NCBI GenBank assembly: GCA_965655095.1
Contig: OZ296654.1
Coordinates: 49,910,001 to 49,974,000 of the forward strand
Length of the DNA: 64,000 nt
Source: Haplodiscus bocki
Taxonomy: Eukaryota
Direction: 5' to 3'
A model generated the notes under the pieces. It made no database searches, had not been told where the DNA came from, and saw only the letters and a program-made list of their open reading frames with translations. Below, piece after piece: positions 39,301 through 51,300 of this stretch; position 1 is the first letter of the stretch; each line of letters begins with the position of its first letter. The position numbers were made by a program, and so were the translations under genes.

Positions 39301-42300
39301 CTTCACTTCACTACTCACACCACACAGTTCCTCGGAGAGGTACCATCAAAATTTGAGCTATACTTTTAGATAGATGCATCGAAACGATTTTTGGTGCTCA
39401 ATCAAGCCGAAGTTGAAAAAAAATTGAGCAATTACCCATTACTTATTTGGTAATTTAGTCAAATAAAATCACTATTGTCTTTTTTGAGGTCTTCGCGATA
39501 TTTTGATGAATACTAATCGCCGGTAAACGTAAAAATAGCACCGATTTTTGTGATCATGAGACTTCATGAGTTTAATGCCAAGCACAACTGATGCCTATGT
39601 TTTCAACTATTTGTTATAGGTGGTAATAAATTTGGAGAGGGCGCCGTTAGATGATGAGCCTTACACGTATGAGTTGCAGCCCCACGACGAGCATGGACCC
39701 TCGCTGCCCCCTCCGAGCCCAATCCCATTCCACCCTGCACCCATCACTCGTATGTAGAGGCTTTATACGAGATAGTTATTCATATAATTAATTAGGCATA
39801 ATGAGCAGATCATTTTTGGAAGCAAAGCTCAAAATTGAAGCTTCAAAAATGTTGCTTAGTGTCTTGTTGGCATGTACAGGTGTCGTCATCTTTCATGACT
39901 TCTTGCGTTCCAGATTTCCGTTTATCGTGTTTTCATGTATTTTTAAGCATTTGTATTTTTTAGTTGAAAACTCTGATCCGCCAAATATAAATTTATGAGT
40001 GATATGGGTTCGTTTGAAACCAAATTTATGCCTAAGTTTTCTCTCTCAACATTTCACCAACAATTTTATCATTTTTGGATTGACCGGCTAAATAAATTTA
40101 CAAATGATGGAGAGTAAATTTAGATACGAATAAAAACGGGTAAAAATTAGAGGGGTTGTCAATTTGGAGCCTCATACAGCGCGTGGAGAAGTGAATCCTA
40201 ATATGATTACTTGAGATGTGATTATTTTGTCATTTTTCAACTGCATATTCGTTTCAGCAATCGGATGGGATGAGTTTCTGGAGGATTCTTACGGTGAGTA
40301 GTTGGTCCTCATTCATTATTAGTTACTCCAATACTTTTCAAAAACACGTTGGAGTCCAAGTTCAACGAACGTGGAATAAGGCGTCTCAACTTTTTAAAAA
40401 TCTCAACATTCGATTGCAAGTCGTTTGATGATCCATTTCAAAAACCTCAAAAACGACATGCTTATTTTCCACGCCTTCCGTGATTTTTTTTCGAAATTTT
40501 CAAAACATTCGGCAGAAATGAATGAAAAATGGGGGTGTTTTCTTCGCAAAAATCAAAAAGGCCACCCAATTTCTATCGTGTGTCCAAATTTCATTCCTGG
40601 TATATTGTCAGTCCCAACGACTCGTTTATTTCAAGGAAACTTGAAAAAACACCCTATGTTTATGTAGGTACTCATTTTTGGGCTGTACAAAAATTCGACA
40701 TGTTTATTGTTTCAAAAGCTGGCAATGTTCAAGAGTGAGCGCATTAATTGTCAAACAGATTAAAAATTGAAGTCTCTTTCTTTCATCGCAAATATCGGTT
40801 CAATGACCGACACGCACTCGGCAGCATTCGCTATTGACCTTATGAGACCACCAGGGACCACATTTTTTTCCGGTTTGTTGAAAAAATATATACTTCTGTA
40901 AACTGAAAGTCATGCTTTTTATGCTGCATGTCAAAAATACTGCTTCCAGAGGACGTCTTTGATTTCTGAGACATACAGAAACTAAACGTAATGAGAACAA
41001 TAAACGTTTGCAAAGTGTTTTAATTTGCTGTGGAAGTTTTGATACCGCTGGAAAATCGCAGAAGTATAACTATATGCTATCTATAAATTTGTATGAGCAT
41101 TTTCATCATTGTTGCCAGTGATACCAAATCAAATTGATTGAATCTGTTGGTTATTTAAATTTGATTTGCCTAGAAGGTTTGATTAAATAACATCATTATG
41201 GCTTTTAGGATGCAAAAATTTGTCATGAAATTTCAAATTTTTATGTACCTTCAACTGAAGTCATTGGTGGCGTAACAACTAACGTTTTTTCATATAGCCG
41301 ATTCATCATTAAACCAGAAACTTGTTTTGGAATGTTTGATGAAAGATTTAATGATAAAACAGTTACGAGTCGTGCGCTGAAACACATCTTTCCAGAAAAT
41401 TCATTCGATAGTTCGATCGGCCACAAGAGCATCCGGGTATGTAAGCAACCACTGTTCTCACCATGAGCTGATTTTTTTACGTGAAAAGAATAGTTGATTG
41501 AATAAAGTGATGTAATTGGTTGGTTTCAGGAGAGATAGCGTGGACCCCTGTGGATAAGTTGTTGAGTAATCTTAGAAGTCTGCCTCTGCCCGACTTGGGC
41601 AAGTTGCAGGGCCTCATGCAAAGTGTGTATACTGTAATGCTCCATTGTATACCAGTATTTATTGCATTGTCTTGCTACATTACAACTACTTTCTACTGCT
41701 AATTCATGTATTTGCTGCTATCACTACTAGTAATACTGCTACATAACAGATGATACCATACCATATCCAGAACTTACTTCGGTGAAATGCTAAATGGCAT
41801 GAGACCATTAAACACAAAATAAAATCAGTCCCACATAGCTCATGAATGATGCAAAATGAATGTAAAAAATCTAGAGGGTTTTGGTATTCAAATTTTTCCT
41901 AAGTTTTTTACTTTGTCTTTGAACGCGGCACTAATACCTTTGATACTGCAATCTATCAAATTCTAGCAGACCGATTTTTTCGATTTACGTTCTCGTACGA
42001 TACCATCGATATTTGAATGAAGGTGTGAGAATTTTTTCACAATTATCACCAAATTGGTTTTGTGGAGATGGAGGGAACCCATGGAGTTTTTGTAAATCGC
42101 TGGAAATTCTTGAAACGAGTGGCCTGGGCTTCAAGCGAAATTCGTGGGAAAAGCTAAAGCGTTTTAGTCACGAATAATTTGAAACGTTTGCAAAGTATGA
42201 AGATTTCAACGGTAGATTACTTCGCAGCGATTGATTTGGCTAATAAAAGACTCTTTAGAACTTCGGAAAAACTTGAGGATGAAGCCGAAATGAAAAGTAA

Positions 42301-45300
42301 GTTGATGTGATTTTTTGCTCTCGTGTGATAGGTGAGACCATTGAGTTATGCCATTAGCAATTGCAGCAGCAGATGATGAAGTGATAGCTTCAAGAACTGG
42401 TGGTACAGTGCCTCACGAAATTGTAACAATAAAATTTGGAACCCCATAAATTTCTCTGTAATTTTCATAAATAAACCTTTAAACAAACAACATACTAATC
42501 TGTTGAAGTCTCAAATCTACAGTTTACAGCGGTTCAAATCGTAAGCACAATTTCACAACCTGAGCTACCAAAAAACAAGTAATTTGCGGAATATGTATTG
42601 TTACAATTCTGTGACTACAATACATAAAAACAGAAACAAAGAAAAATGTGAACAATTATAACAAATAATACTATAATATGTTTCAATATTTTGTGTATCC
42701 ACCTTTTGCTTTAAGAAGGGCTTGAATTCTGCTCGGCATGCTGAGATAAGATTTTGGCACGTTTCGACGGGTATTTTTAACCATTCATCCTGTATTCGCT
42801 CCCAAAGTTCGTGTATCCCTTTAGGTGGTTCTGGGTAAGTTTGGAGTCGTTGTTTTACAGCATGCCAAAGGTGTTCTATTGGGTTCATCTCTGGTGATTG
42901 AGGCGGCCAGTCCATTAGGTTTACTCTATGCTGATTGAACCAATCTTTCGCTAGTCTCGAAGTGTGCTTGGGGTCATTATCTTGTTGAAATACGAAATAA
43001 TCACGGTCCATTTGAAAATAATCTGCGGTACCGAGCAAGTTATCACTTAGAATTTCACAATACAACGTACTATCCAGTGTACCTTCAATCTTGCATGCCT
43101 GCCCAACACCATTCCATGTCATGCAGCCCCAGAACATCAAGCTAGCCCCACCATGTTTGAAGGTACCTTGAACATGATAATCTTGTATAGCGTGCTGTGG
43201 TTTCCGCCATGTCCACTTCAGCCCATCGGAACCCATTGGATTAGTTTTTGTCTCGTCCGACCATATAACCCGCTTAAAATCTTCGACTGTCCAATTGGCA
43301 TATTTTTGAGCAAAATGTAATCGTTGTTTTCGATGTTTTTTAGAGAGGAACGGCTTTTTCTTCTTAATAGACTTGAGACCTGCCTTTCTCAGAACCCTAC
43401 GTACGTTTTCAGGATGCACAGTTTGTCTGGTAACCTCAGATAGCTCATGGGCAGCTATTACGGCATTTTCAATTTTTCCTGACGATATATCTCTTATCAC
43501 TTTCCGTTTGGCATGATCAGATAACTTATGTGGGCGGCCTGCTCTAGTTCGTGGTAGCCCAGTTTCAGTGTTTAATATTCGCGAAACAGTCATGTGACTC
43601 ACTGAAGGAACTCTTTTGGCAACATCGCGACAGGATAATCCCTCTTTCAAGTACTCCACAATTTTTGTCTTTATATGCTGTGGAATAATTTTCAATGAAC
43701 TTGTTATTGATATTATACGAACGACAATTAGAACTATTGAGGTTTGCAATGTAAATGGATGTTAAAATTTGATTTCACGATTATTGTTCAGTTCGAAAAA
43801 ACACGCACACAAAATTGTAACGATAGAAAATCATTTTAGAATAATTTTTCATGCTTCAATGTGCACACTTTTTTGCAAGCGAGCATTCAAAAATTTTTCA
43901 CATATCTTGTGCTTTCGAAAAACATTTCGCTCAGAAAAAATATCAAGCTTTCCAACAGCGCACAAACTAAACTTTGAGAAGAATGTTTCTATTGTTACAA
44001 TTTCGTGAGGCACTGTATGAGTTCCAAGAGACACCATCGAACTCTTGAACGAACTCAGATCAAGCAAGTTTTAACTTAGTGATTATCTGCGATATTTTGG
44101 TTGGGTGGCTAGGCGAGACCCTCGGTTTACCGGCTAGCAATTGAAACACCTTTTGATTTATTTTTGGGAACGTGTGGCAAACCCCGGGAAGCATTTTGCT
44201 ATGGTTAGAGTCATGCAAAATTAATATTTTCCTAAGTTCGAGCTTGCTCCTGTGTATCTTGGAAATCCGACTGTTGGAGATTCGTGTCATGAGAACTTTT
44301 AGGAACCAGTGGCGTGAGGGTAAAGTTCAAACAGTAGGGAGAATATAGTGGGTCCTAAAAGTTTTGCAATGTCATGGCCGCAGAGATTGGCTATGTTTGC
44401 ATCGTTCATTACCAACTTGGGACGATAATAGTGCTAACAATAAGTAAAGGAATATTAAAAATTACTAGAACGCCAACAGTATTGTGAAGCAACAAATTCG
44501 ACAAAGTAGTCTGCCTTTGGTTTTGTGCCACGAGTAGTGTGAGCTTTCGGCAACCGGCTTGGGTGATATCCAGTTTGTCCTTCAATGTAATGTTTTTTCG
44601 TCATTCATTACGTAATCATGCATAAATTAACATTGATACACTAGTGCTCGCCGTATTACTGGTAGTATGGTTGCTCCTCAGTATTGATCGAGTAGTAGTA
44701 GAAGAGCCCTCAGTTACCTCTAATAGCTGGCGGGTCCTGTTAATTCGTTCCACTCGGCTGCTATCACAAATATCAAAATGGTAAAGTAGATGAAATCAGT
44801 ACTAATCATCGCTCTAATTTATTCTCCGAGAAATCTGTTACTGTATGCATGCAAACCGCATATAACATAACCGGTCGATTGTTCGAATTACGTGGACTCA
44901 CCTTGTAATGCAATCCTTGATTTGCTCAAATGTTACCTTATAAACCCTTTGGTGATCTCCTTTTCGTATTCAATTCCTCCGTTAAAAAGTGCTATTTTCC
45001 CATTTTCATACAAAATATTTTTACAAAGTTGTAGATTGGAATCTTTTTTGTCCGACATCAATTGGGTTCTACTTGAAACAGTATCCAAAAAATTGAGCTT
45101 CAAATATACAATACTTCTCACGCCGAATGAAACCTTTTCACTTTTTGTTCCGATGCGTCTTGATCAAGAAAAGCTATTCTTTTATTGAAAGAGAAAGTTA
45201 CGTCTTTAAACCTTGATGAAAAAACTTTATGGGAAATCAATACTTTAAGCCGCTAAAGAAGAAAAAATAAGTTTTTCCAAATATCAGCGGTTTTCGGACC

Positions 45301-48300
45301 AAATGAATGCTGTATGGTTAATGTTGTCACTTTTTGGTTACGTCTAAGACCCATTCGATCTGTTTTTAGCTGATCCGATCCAAATTTGGATCGTTAAATT
45401 GAGTTTCTGCTGCAACCAAATAATGTAGAGCCGTCCTACAGAGCTCTCTCGGAAGTAATTAGCGAATAACAAAACGTTACTTGTTCTTCATTGGAAATTT
45501 AATTGGTTGGCAATCGCCAACTTTCAAGTTTTTAATTTTTGTTCTGAAATTAATTAGCAGGTTCTGAATTGTTTTTCGGAAAATTTTGTTCCCAAAAACT
45601 TTCTCTCAAGATGCTGCACGGGCTGGAATAACTTGGCTACCATGCCATGATCATACCACTATCATGGCGAAACGTGGTCATGATCATCCCATGATAGCGG
45701 CCTCATTTCTTGACATGGTCGCCATGATTCATGGTATGATTACCATGTTTTCCATGATTTATACCATGATCATGGTATGATCAACATGTTTTCCGTTTTT
45801 TGAAATTTTTCCGGAAAATTTTGTGCCATGTACTATCATATGAAACACTTGACAGGCTAGCCTTAGAAAAAAATACGTTTTCAAACTGCCGCGTCAGCAA
45901 AAATGAAAAAAGGATATTCCTGAAAGGCTTAGAGATTTCTTCTGTAGTCAGACAGCAAGTTCATAATTAACAATAGTTTCAATGTAACATATATTATACG
46001 ACTTATTTTTTTGGTAGTTTCGAAATTTTGGGAGAGTCTCGTTTAGTAAACAACGTCTTTGGGATAGTTTTTGATGGGTTCGTTCAACATATTGAGCGTT
46101 AAAACGTAACGGACAATCAACTGGGTAACGATTGACAAATTTAAGTTGGATACTTAGCGCCCGGACTACGTTAAAATAATGACCATGATCACCATGGCAT
46201 GATCATGCTGTCTTCTATGACCGCCATGCCGTGATCATGCTATATTCCATGATGAGTGTGAATCACCATGATCATGCCATGGTATAGCATGATCGTCATG
46301 TTTGACCATGGCTGTCAACCCCGGTGACCACTGATTTATTTTGGTGCTGAAAATATCTCTGAACTACAAAAATATCCGCATTTGATAACCTGAAAATCCG
46401 TAACTATCTTGATACATGTAAATTGAAAATTATCGCCAATAAAATACTGATCGTTTTCGTGTTTCATTGTTTTGTGAAATCAGACTACATCAATAGCTTC
46501 GGAAGATTCTGGGAAATCATTTGATTTCATTTGTAATTTAAATCACTACTGTATTGTTTGCTTAAATTTCAAACAAGAATTATTGTGGACTAGACAAAGA
46601 TTCACGAAGCTTTTGATACTGAATTTTTGCTAAAATAACCAGTGTGCTTGAAGAAATCCTCTCTGAAAATTCTTTGGAGGACCATTTATTTTTAACACTC
46701 CTGTATGACATACACACATGTAGTTACTTAGTTAACGCTGTTTTTATTTTCGCAGTCAGTTTATGATTACTGCAGTAGTTTTATCAAGCAGGAGCAGGAG
46801 TTTGCTTACAAATTGAATTTTTATTGTCAATTTTCCAAAAAATGTAATTGTGAAATGTAGTTTTTTAAATGATTCAAATAATCAATTGGTCATCAATTTA
46901 TATTACATTGCTTTGCCTTAAGTATAGGTTAATAAACAGCCTATGGAAAAAAATCGAATATTCCGGCTGTTTCTGCTCATCGCTGTTGGCATAAACCTGA
47001 AATGTAGATATTTAGTTTTAGAAGTCTATTTCAGCCATTGCTGCACGTATTTAGCAGCTGATTTTTCCTAAAAAATTAAAATGCGATTTTCAGAAGCTCT
47101 CAGTTGTTATTATATTTTATTGGTTGTTTGTCAACGTTAATTAAGTTTATTTTATGCAACTTTCATTCATATTTTTGAGATTATAACCCCTATAACTACA
47201 CGTCAGCCTATAATACCCAAAACGTCCTCCCAGCACTGCTTGTTCAATCGAATTGCTAGTTATGCGTTTGAGCTGTCCTCATTTCTTACGTTCGATTTAT
47301 TATTAGATTAATCTACGTTATGAATTAGTTTTGGTCTTTAATTTTTGGATTTATGCGGAAAGGTTTTACTACTATCATATTTTGACTGTCGCAGTAAATT
47401 GAGGCGTATGCTAGAATTTTTAATCTTGTCAATTTTTATCCTCGTTTACTATTTTATATAAGGTATGATTTGTTAAAATTATTACAATCAGCTAGAAATA
47501 GAAAGGTACTTTCCAAAAAATTTAGCAATGAAAAAAATTTAACGAGAACAGAATGTGCGATTGATCGTATTGTATTTGAAAGGAAAATCTATTTAATGGG
47601 AAACGTTTTGGAGTGAATTTTAGTTTATACTTCAATACATTGCTTGCTTCGCTGCTAAGTTTGATGCCTAATAGAAACATTTATAAAGCTAGCTTCAAGT
47701 AATTTGTCTTTATCAACGAATTAAATCCTTTTCCTTTGTTTTTTGAAAGTCTTTTCCCCCTCTTTAGGGTTAATACTGAATGGTGGAAACTTGGCCGCCA
47801 ACTCCATAGCTGACCTGCGACACCTTTCTGGTAAATTCACTTCTGGGGGTGTGGGGGTAGGTGCAGGGGGTCCTTCTAGTACTGGATCAGGGCTGGATGA
47901 TCTGCACGCAGAAGAGCGAGCAGCCCTTTTGGAACAAGAACAAAGAGAGAATGCCGCCAGTCAAGCTTCGAGATTTTTCTCAAGAAAAATTGAACGATTC
48001 TTCCCTCTCAGAGATTTTAAGGGATCCAAATTCGTTTCAAGTCAGTACCACAAAAAAAATCAAAACTTTCCTTTCTTAATTGATCTGTTTGTTCATTGAA
48101 GAGTAGTAACTGAGTGGTTGTGTAATTGTGTGAGAATTTGAATGCTGAGAGTTCGGTTCTTAGCTACTGCCAGAGCTTTGATAATTCAAAACAATGATCA
48201 ATTTAATTTGTAACTCACATCTCTAATTGATTTACATTTGAAAAAATTCCAGTAAACGATGATTTTTCATACCCATCCAGGTTTAAAAATTCTTTACTAA

Positions 48301-51300
48301 TAGAACATTTTTATCGGTTGTTAGGATTTTCGGACTCTTGGGATATTCGTGAGACTTTTTCAAATTTGCTCTTCATCTCTGATTTTGTCAAGTTCCAACC
48401 TCACAAACAACTTAATCACTAGGTCTGGCCAATTTGTACCCCGGTGCCCCAAATTTCGACGTAGACAAAGATAGTGGCACTGCAATGACAGTACCCAACA
48501 CCCCCAAACACCTGCGCAGGGGCATGTCACTTAGCGGTTCCTCTGGTGGGGCGTTAGGAAGTTTCCTCAAGCGACGCAACTCCATTGATCTGCTAGAAGC
48601 CACAAACCGGGTATTCGCTTCGGTCGACCCCGCCAGAATGTCTTTCCTAAGTAGTAACACCAGGGGAGGAGCAGGTACTAATTCGCCCCCCGTGGATCAT
48701 GACTTTTTTGGGGGCCGAGACAACAGTAGACAAGGAGTAGTTGGGAAACAGCATCTTCGTTATCAGAACAGCAGTAGACACAGATCTTCTGTAGTCTCAT
48801 CAAGAGAAGTGCCTCAGCCGTGTGATCTTCCCACCCTCAGGTAGCATTCATCTACCAATTTCCATGTTTGCTACAAAAACTATCGTTGAATCATTGGTAA
48901 CCATTCGTATAGTGTTTCCAATGTTGCAAGCAATTAGCCGATAAGTCTCCAGTCGGCGTTGCCTGGAGACTTGAAATATGCCAGGAGGCATGTTTTTGTT
49001 AACATCATGAAAACCATGGTAAAGTTGTGAACAAATGAAAATAGGTGAAAATTTCTCGTATTTTGGGAGTACCTCTGGAATTTGAAAATTTTCCATGTTT
49101 TTCGGGCTTAGCAAGGCAGACGGGAAGGGGAGGGGTTGGGTTTGCACACAATTTTAGTCTCCCAATCTTAGAAGGGAATCGCTCAAAATTCTCTCAATTA
49201 TTTCTGAAAAAAGTCCCTTCAATATTCGCCTGTATCACATTTCCGGCTTTGTAGGCCACGAAGCTTTCCTGCTTATATGTATTATAAGATTCCGGCCAAA
49301 AAGAGAATAATTTTTTATCATGCAATCGTTTGCTTTAAGAGACATTCCACCTCCCGATGGCCGTCCATATCGAATGGGAGGCACCTCCTCAGGTGTTGTT
49401 CCTGGGGGTGGCAGGTACCTGGTGGATGATAGATCTCTTTCTCCCTCTGCCGCTTCTGTCGTGGGGGTAACTGACTGGAGAGAAGAAGCTATGTCGGCTC
49501 TCTCGGCTGCTAGAAGAGAGCGACTTCGTCACGGTGTTGAGGAAAATAAATTAAACGACTTCCGAAGACAGAGCGAACCGTATTTAAATAGAGTTGGTCT
49601 CACTGGTGCTGGAAGTAGCAGCCACAGAGGAGCTGACCGATCTGGTAAGTTAATTGGTCTTCAAAAATTATACAACGGAATATTTTACACCTTCCAATTC
49701 AGGGAAGAAATATTAAAAAGCTGCAATTTGAACGAGAAGATGCAAGTTTGCTTTGAAATTTTGGAAAATTTTTTTTTGAGAAACACTATTATACTAGACG
49801 CGATCTTCGGCAATTTTGGAAAAAGATGGCGTGATTTTCAACCTGCAATTTTGCTTATCGTGCAATGTTGAATGAACGATTTTCCTCTATATGAAATATG
49901 AGCTGAAATTAAAAGTAGACCTACGGTGACTTCACCGAACATAACTTAATTCGATCTGTGGAATCATCGCTCTGAGAGTAGTAAAACCCACCGGAGTGAG
50001 ATGTGGTCAATAGTTCGACCTTACCGATTACGTTGTCTCTGCCTCGGAGCTGAATCTCAGAAAAGCGCTGTCATCTCTTTTTAGTAAGCGTCAAGAATAT
50101 TGACAGTAAAGATTTCGTTTTTTTTTGCTATTTTTGTAAGGCTTTCCTTTAAGTATCTTCGGCCACCAAAATGGAATCCCCCTCAACCCATGATTTGGTT
50201 GTAGAGTTTCAGGAAATATTTATTTACGCTCATTAAGGTCTCAAAATTTCGCCAGTTTATTTGTAATAATGCTATTTTCTCGTAGCCCTTCATACTTATG
50301 TATCCACCTTTGGGGTCGTTTTCAATCGCTTTACCCTCAGCAGTTGAAGCTGTAATAACTTTTGAATAGATTAATTGAATTGTTTTGGTAGAAGATTGGA
50401 TTAGCAATAACTGGCAGCATGGCAACAGCACACGCAGGGCCAGGAACAGATTAGGTCCTGGAGGAGGACCCTTGCGTGGAGTGCAATCGAAGTTATTACA
50501 TAGAGCACTGCTGGAAGACAGAGCAGCAGGGGCAGGAGATAGATCATTTTTTGATCTCGGTCGAGGGGGCTTGTTCACACAAGGGGGTATGCATACATCA
50601 GACGTAGAGCCATATAGTGACTTCGAAGACGCTCTTAGTGAACGTGGGGTTGGAGTCTACCATGGTTTGTATCACGATACTTTGAATTAAAACGTTCCTT
50701 GTCTCTTGGTGACTGAACTATGGCATTCTGGGGTTTCCCTCGGAAGTTCGCGAAGCGTTAGCAAGAAAGTGAAATGCGTAATTTTCCGAACTTAATAATG
50801 TACGGTAGCCTTGGCAGAATTCTTCTTGTATTCTCGCTCTTTAGCGTATTAATCAGTGCATTGACAAGTTTTCTACAACAGGTGGAGGGCGGCGAGCAGG
50901 TGGTCGTAGGTTCGGTGGAGGTGCTGGTCCTTTTATGGAAGTCCCTGTGGATGAGAAAGGAGGCGGCAGAGATGGCACAGGCAGTGGAATGGAGGAATGG
51001 GACACTCACAGTGATCGTGGAATTGCATATCGAGGGGCGCCGGCAGCTACCACAGCCACACCTCTCAACTCCACTCCCCTCAGCAGACGAAGAAGGGCAT
51101 CCGAAAGCGCTCACAGAAAATATGCACATTCCAGGTTGAATAGATCTGATTAATTGAATTGTAAACGCGGCCAATAGCTTTCTTTAACATAATTTTTTGG
51201 GACTTCCAATCTTATATGTCTCTTCACGTTTTTCCTACTGTCGGCGCGACTTTAATTCGATAAAATACGGTTGAATAGATGCAATTTTAAAAGAAAATAA

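Noticed and set aside
42601-43749. 382-aa ORF as an intact transposase
   Set aside because: The C-terminal part after about 42742 is out of frame relative to the canonical Tc1 tail, and the N-terminal extension starts at a non-ATG codon
44892-45330. Minus-strand exon-like segment with GTGAGT/GTAACA donors
   Set aside because: Upstream frames are broken and no partner exons were found
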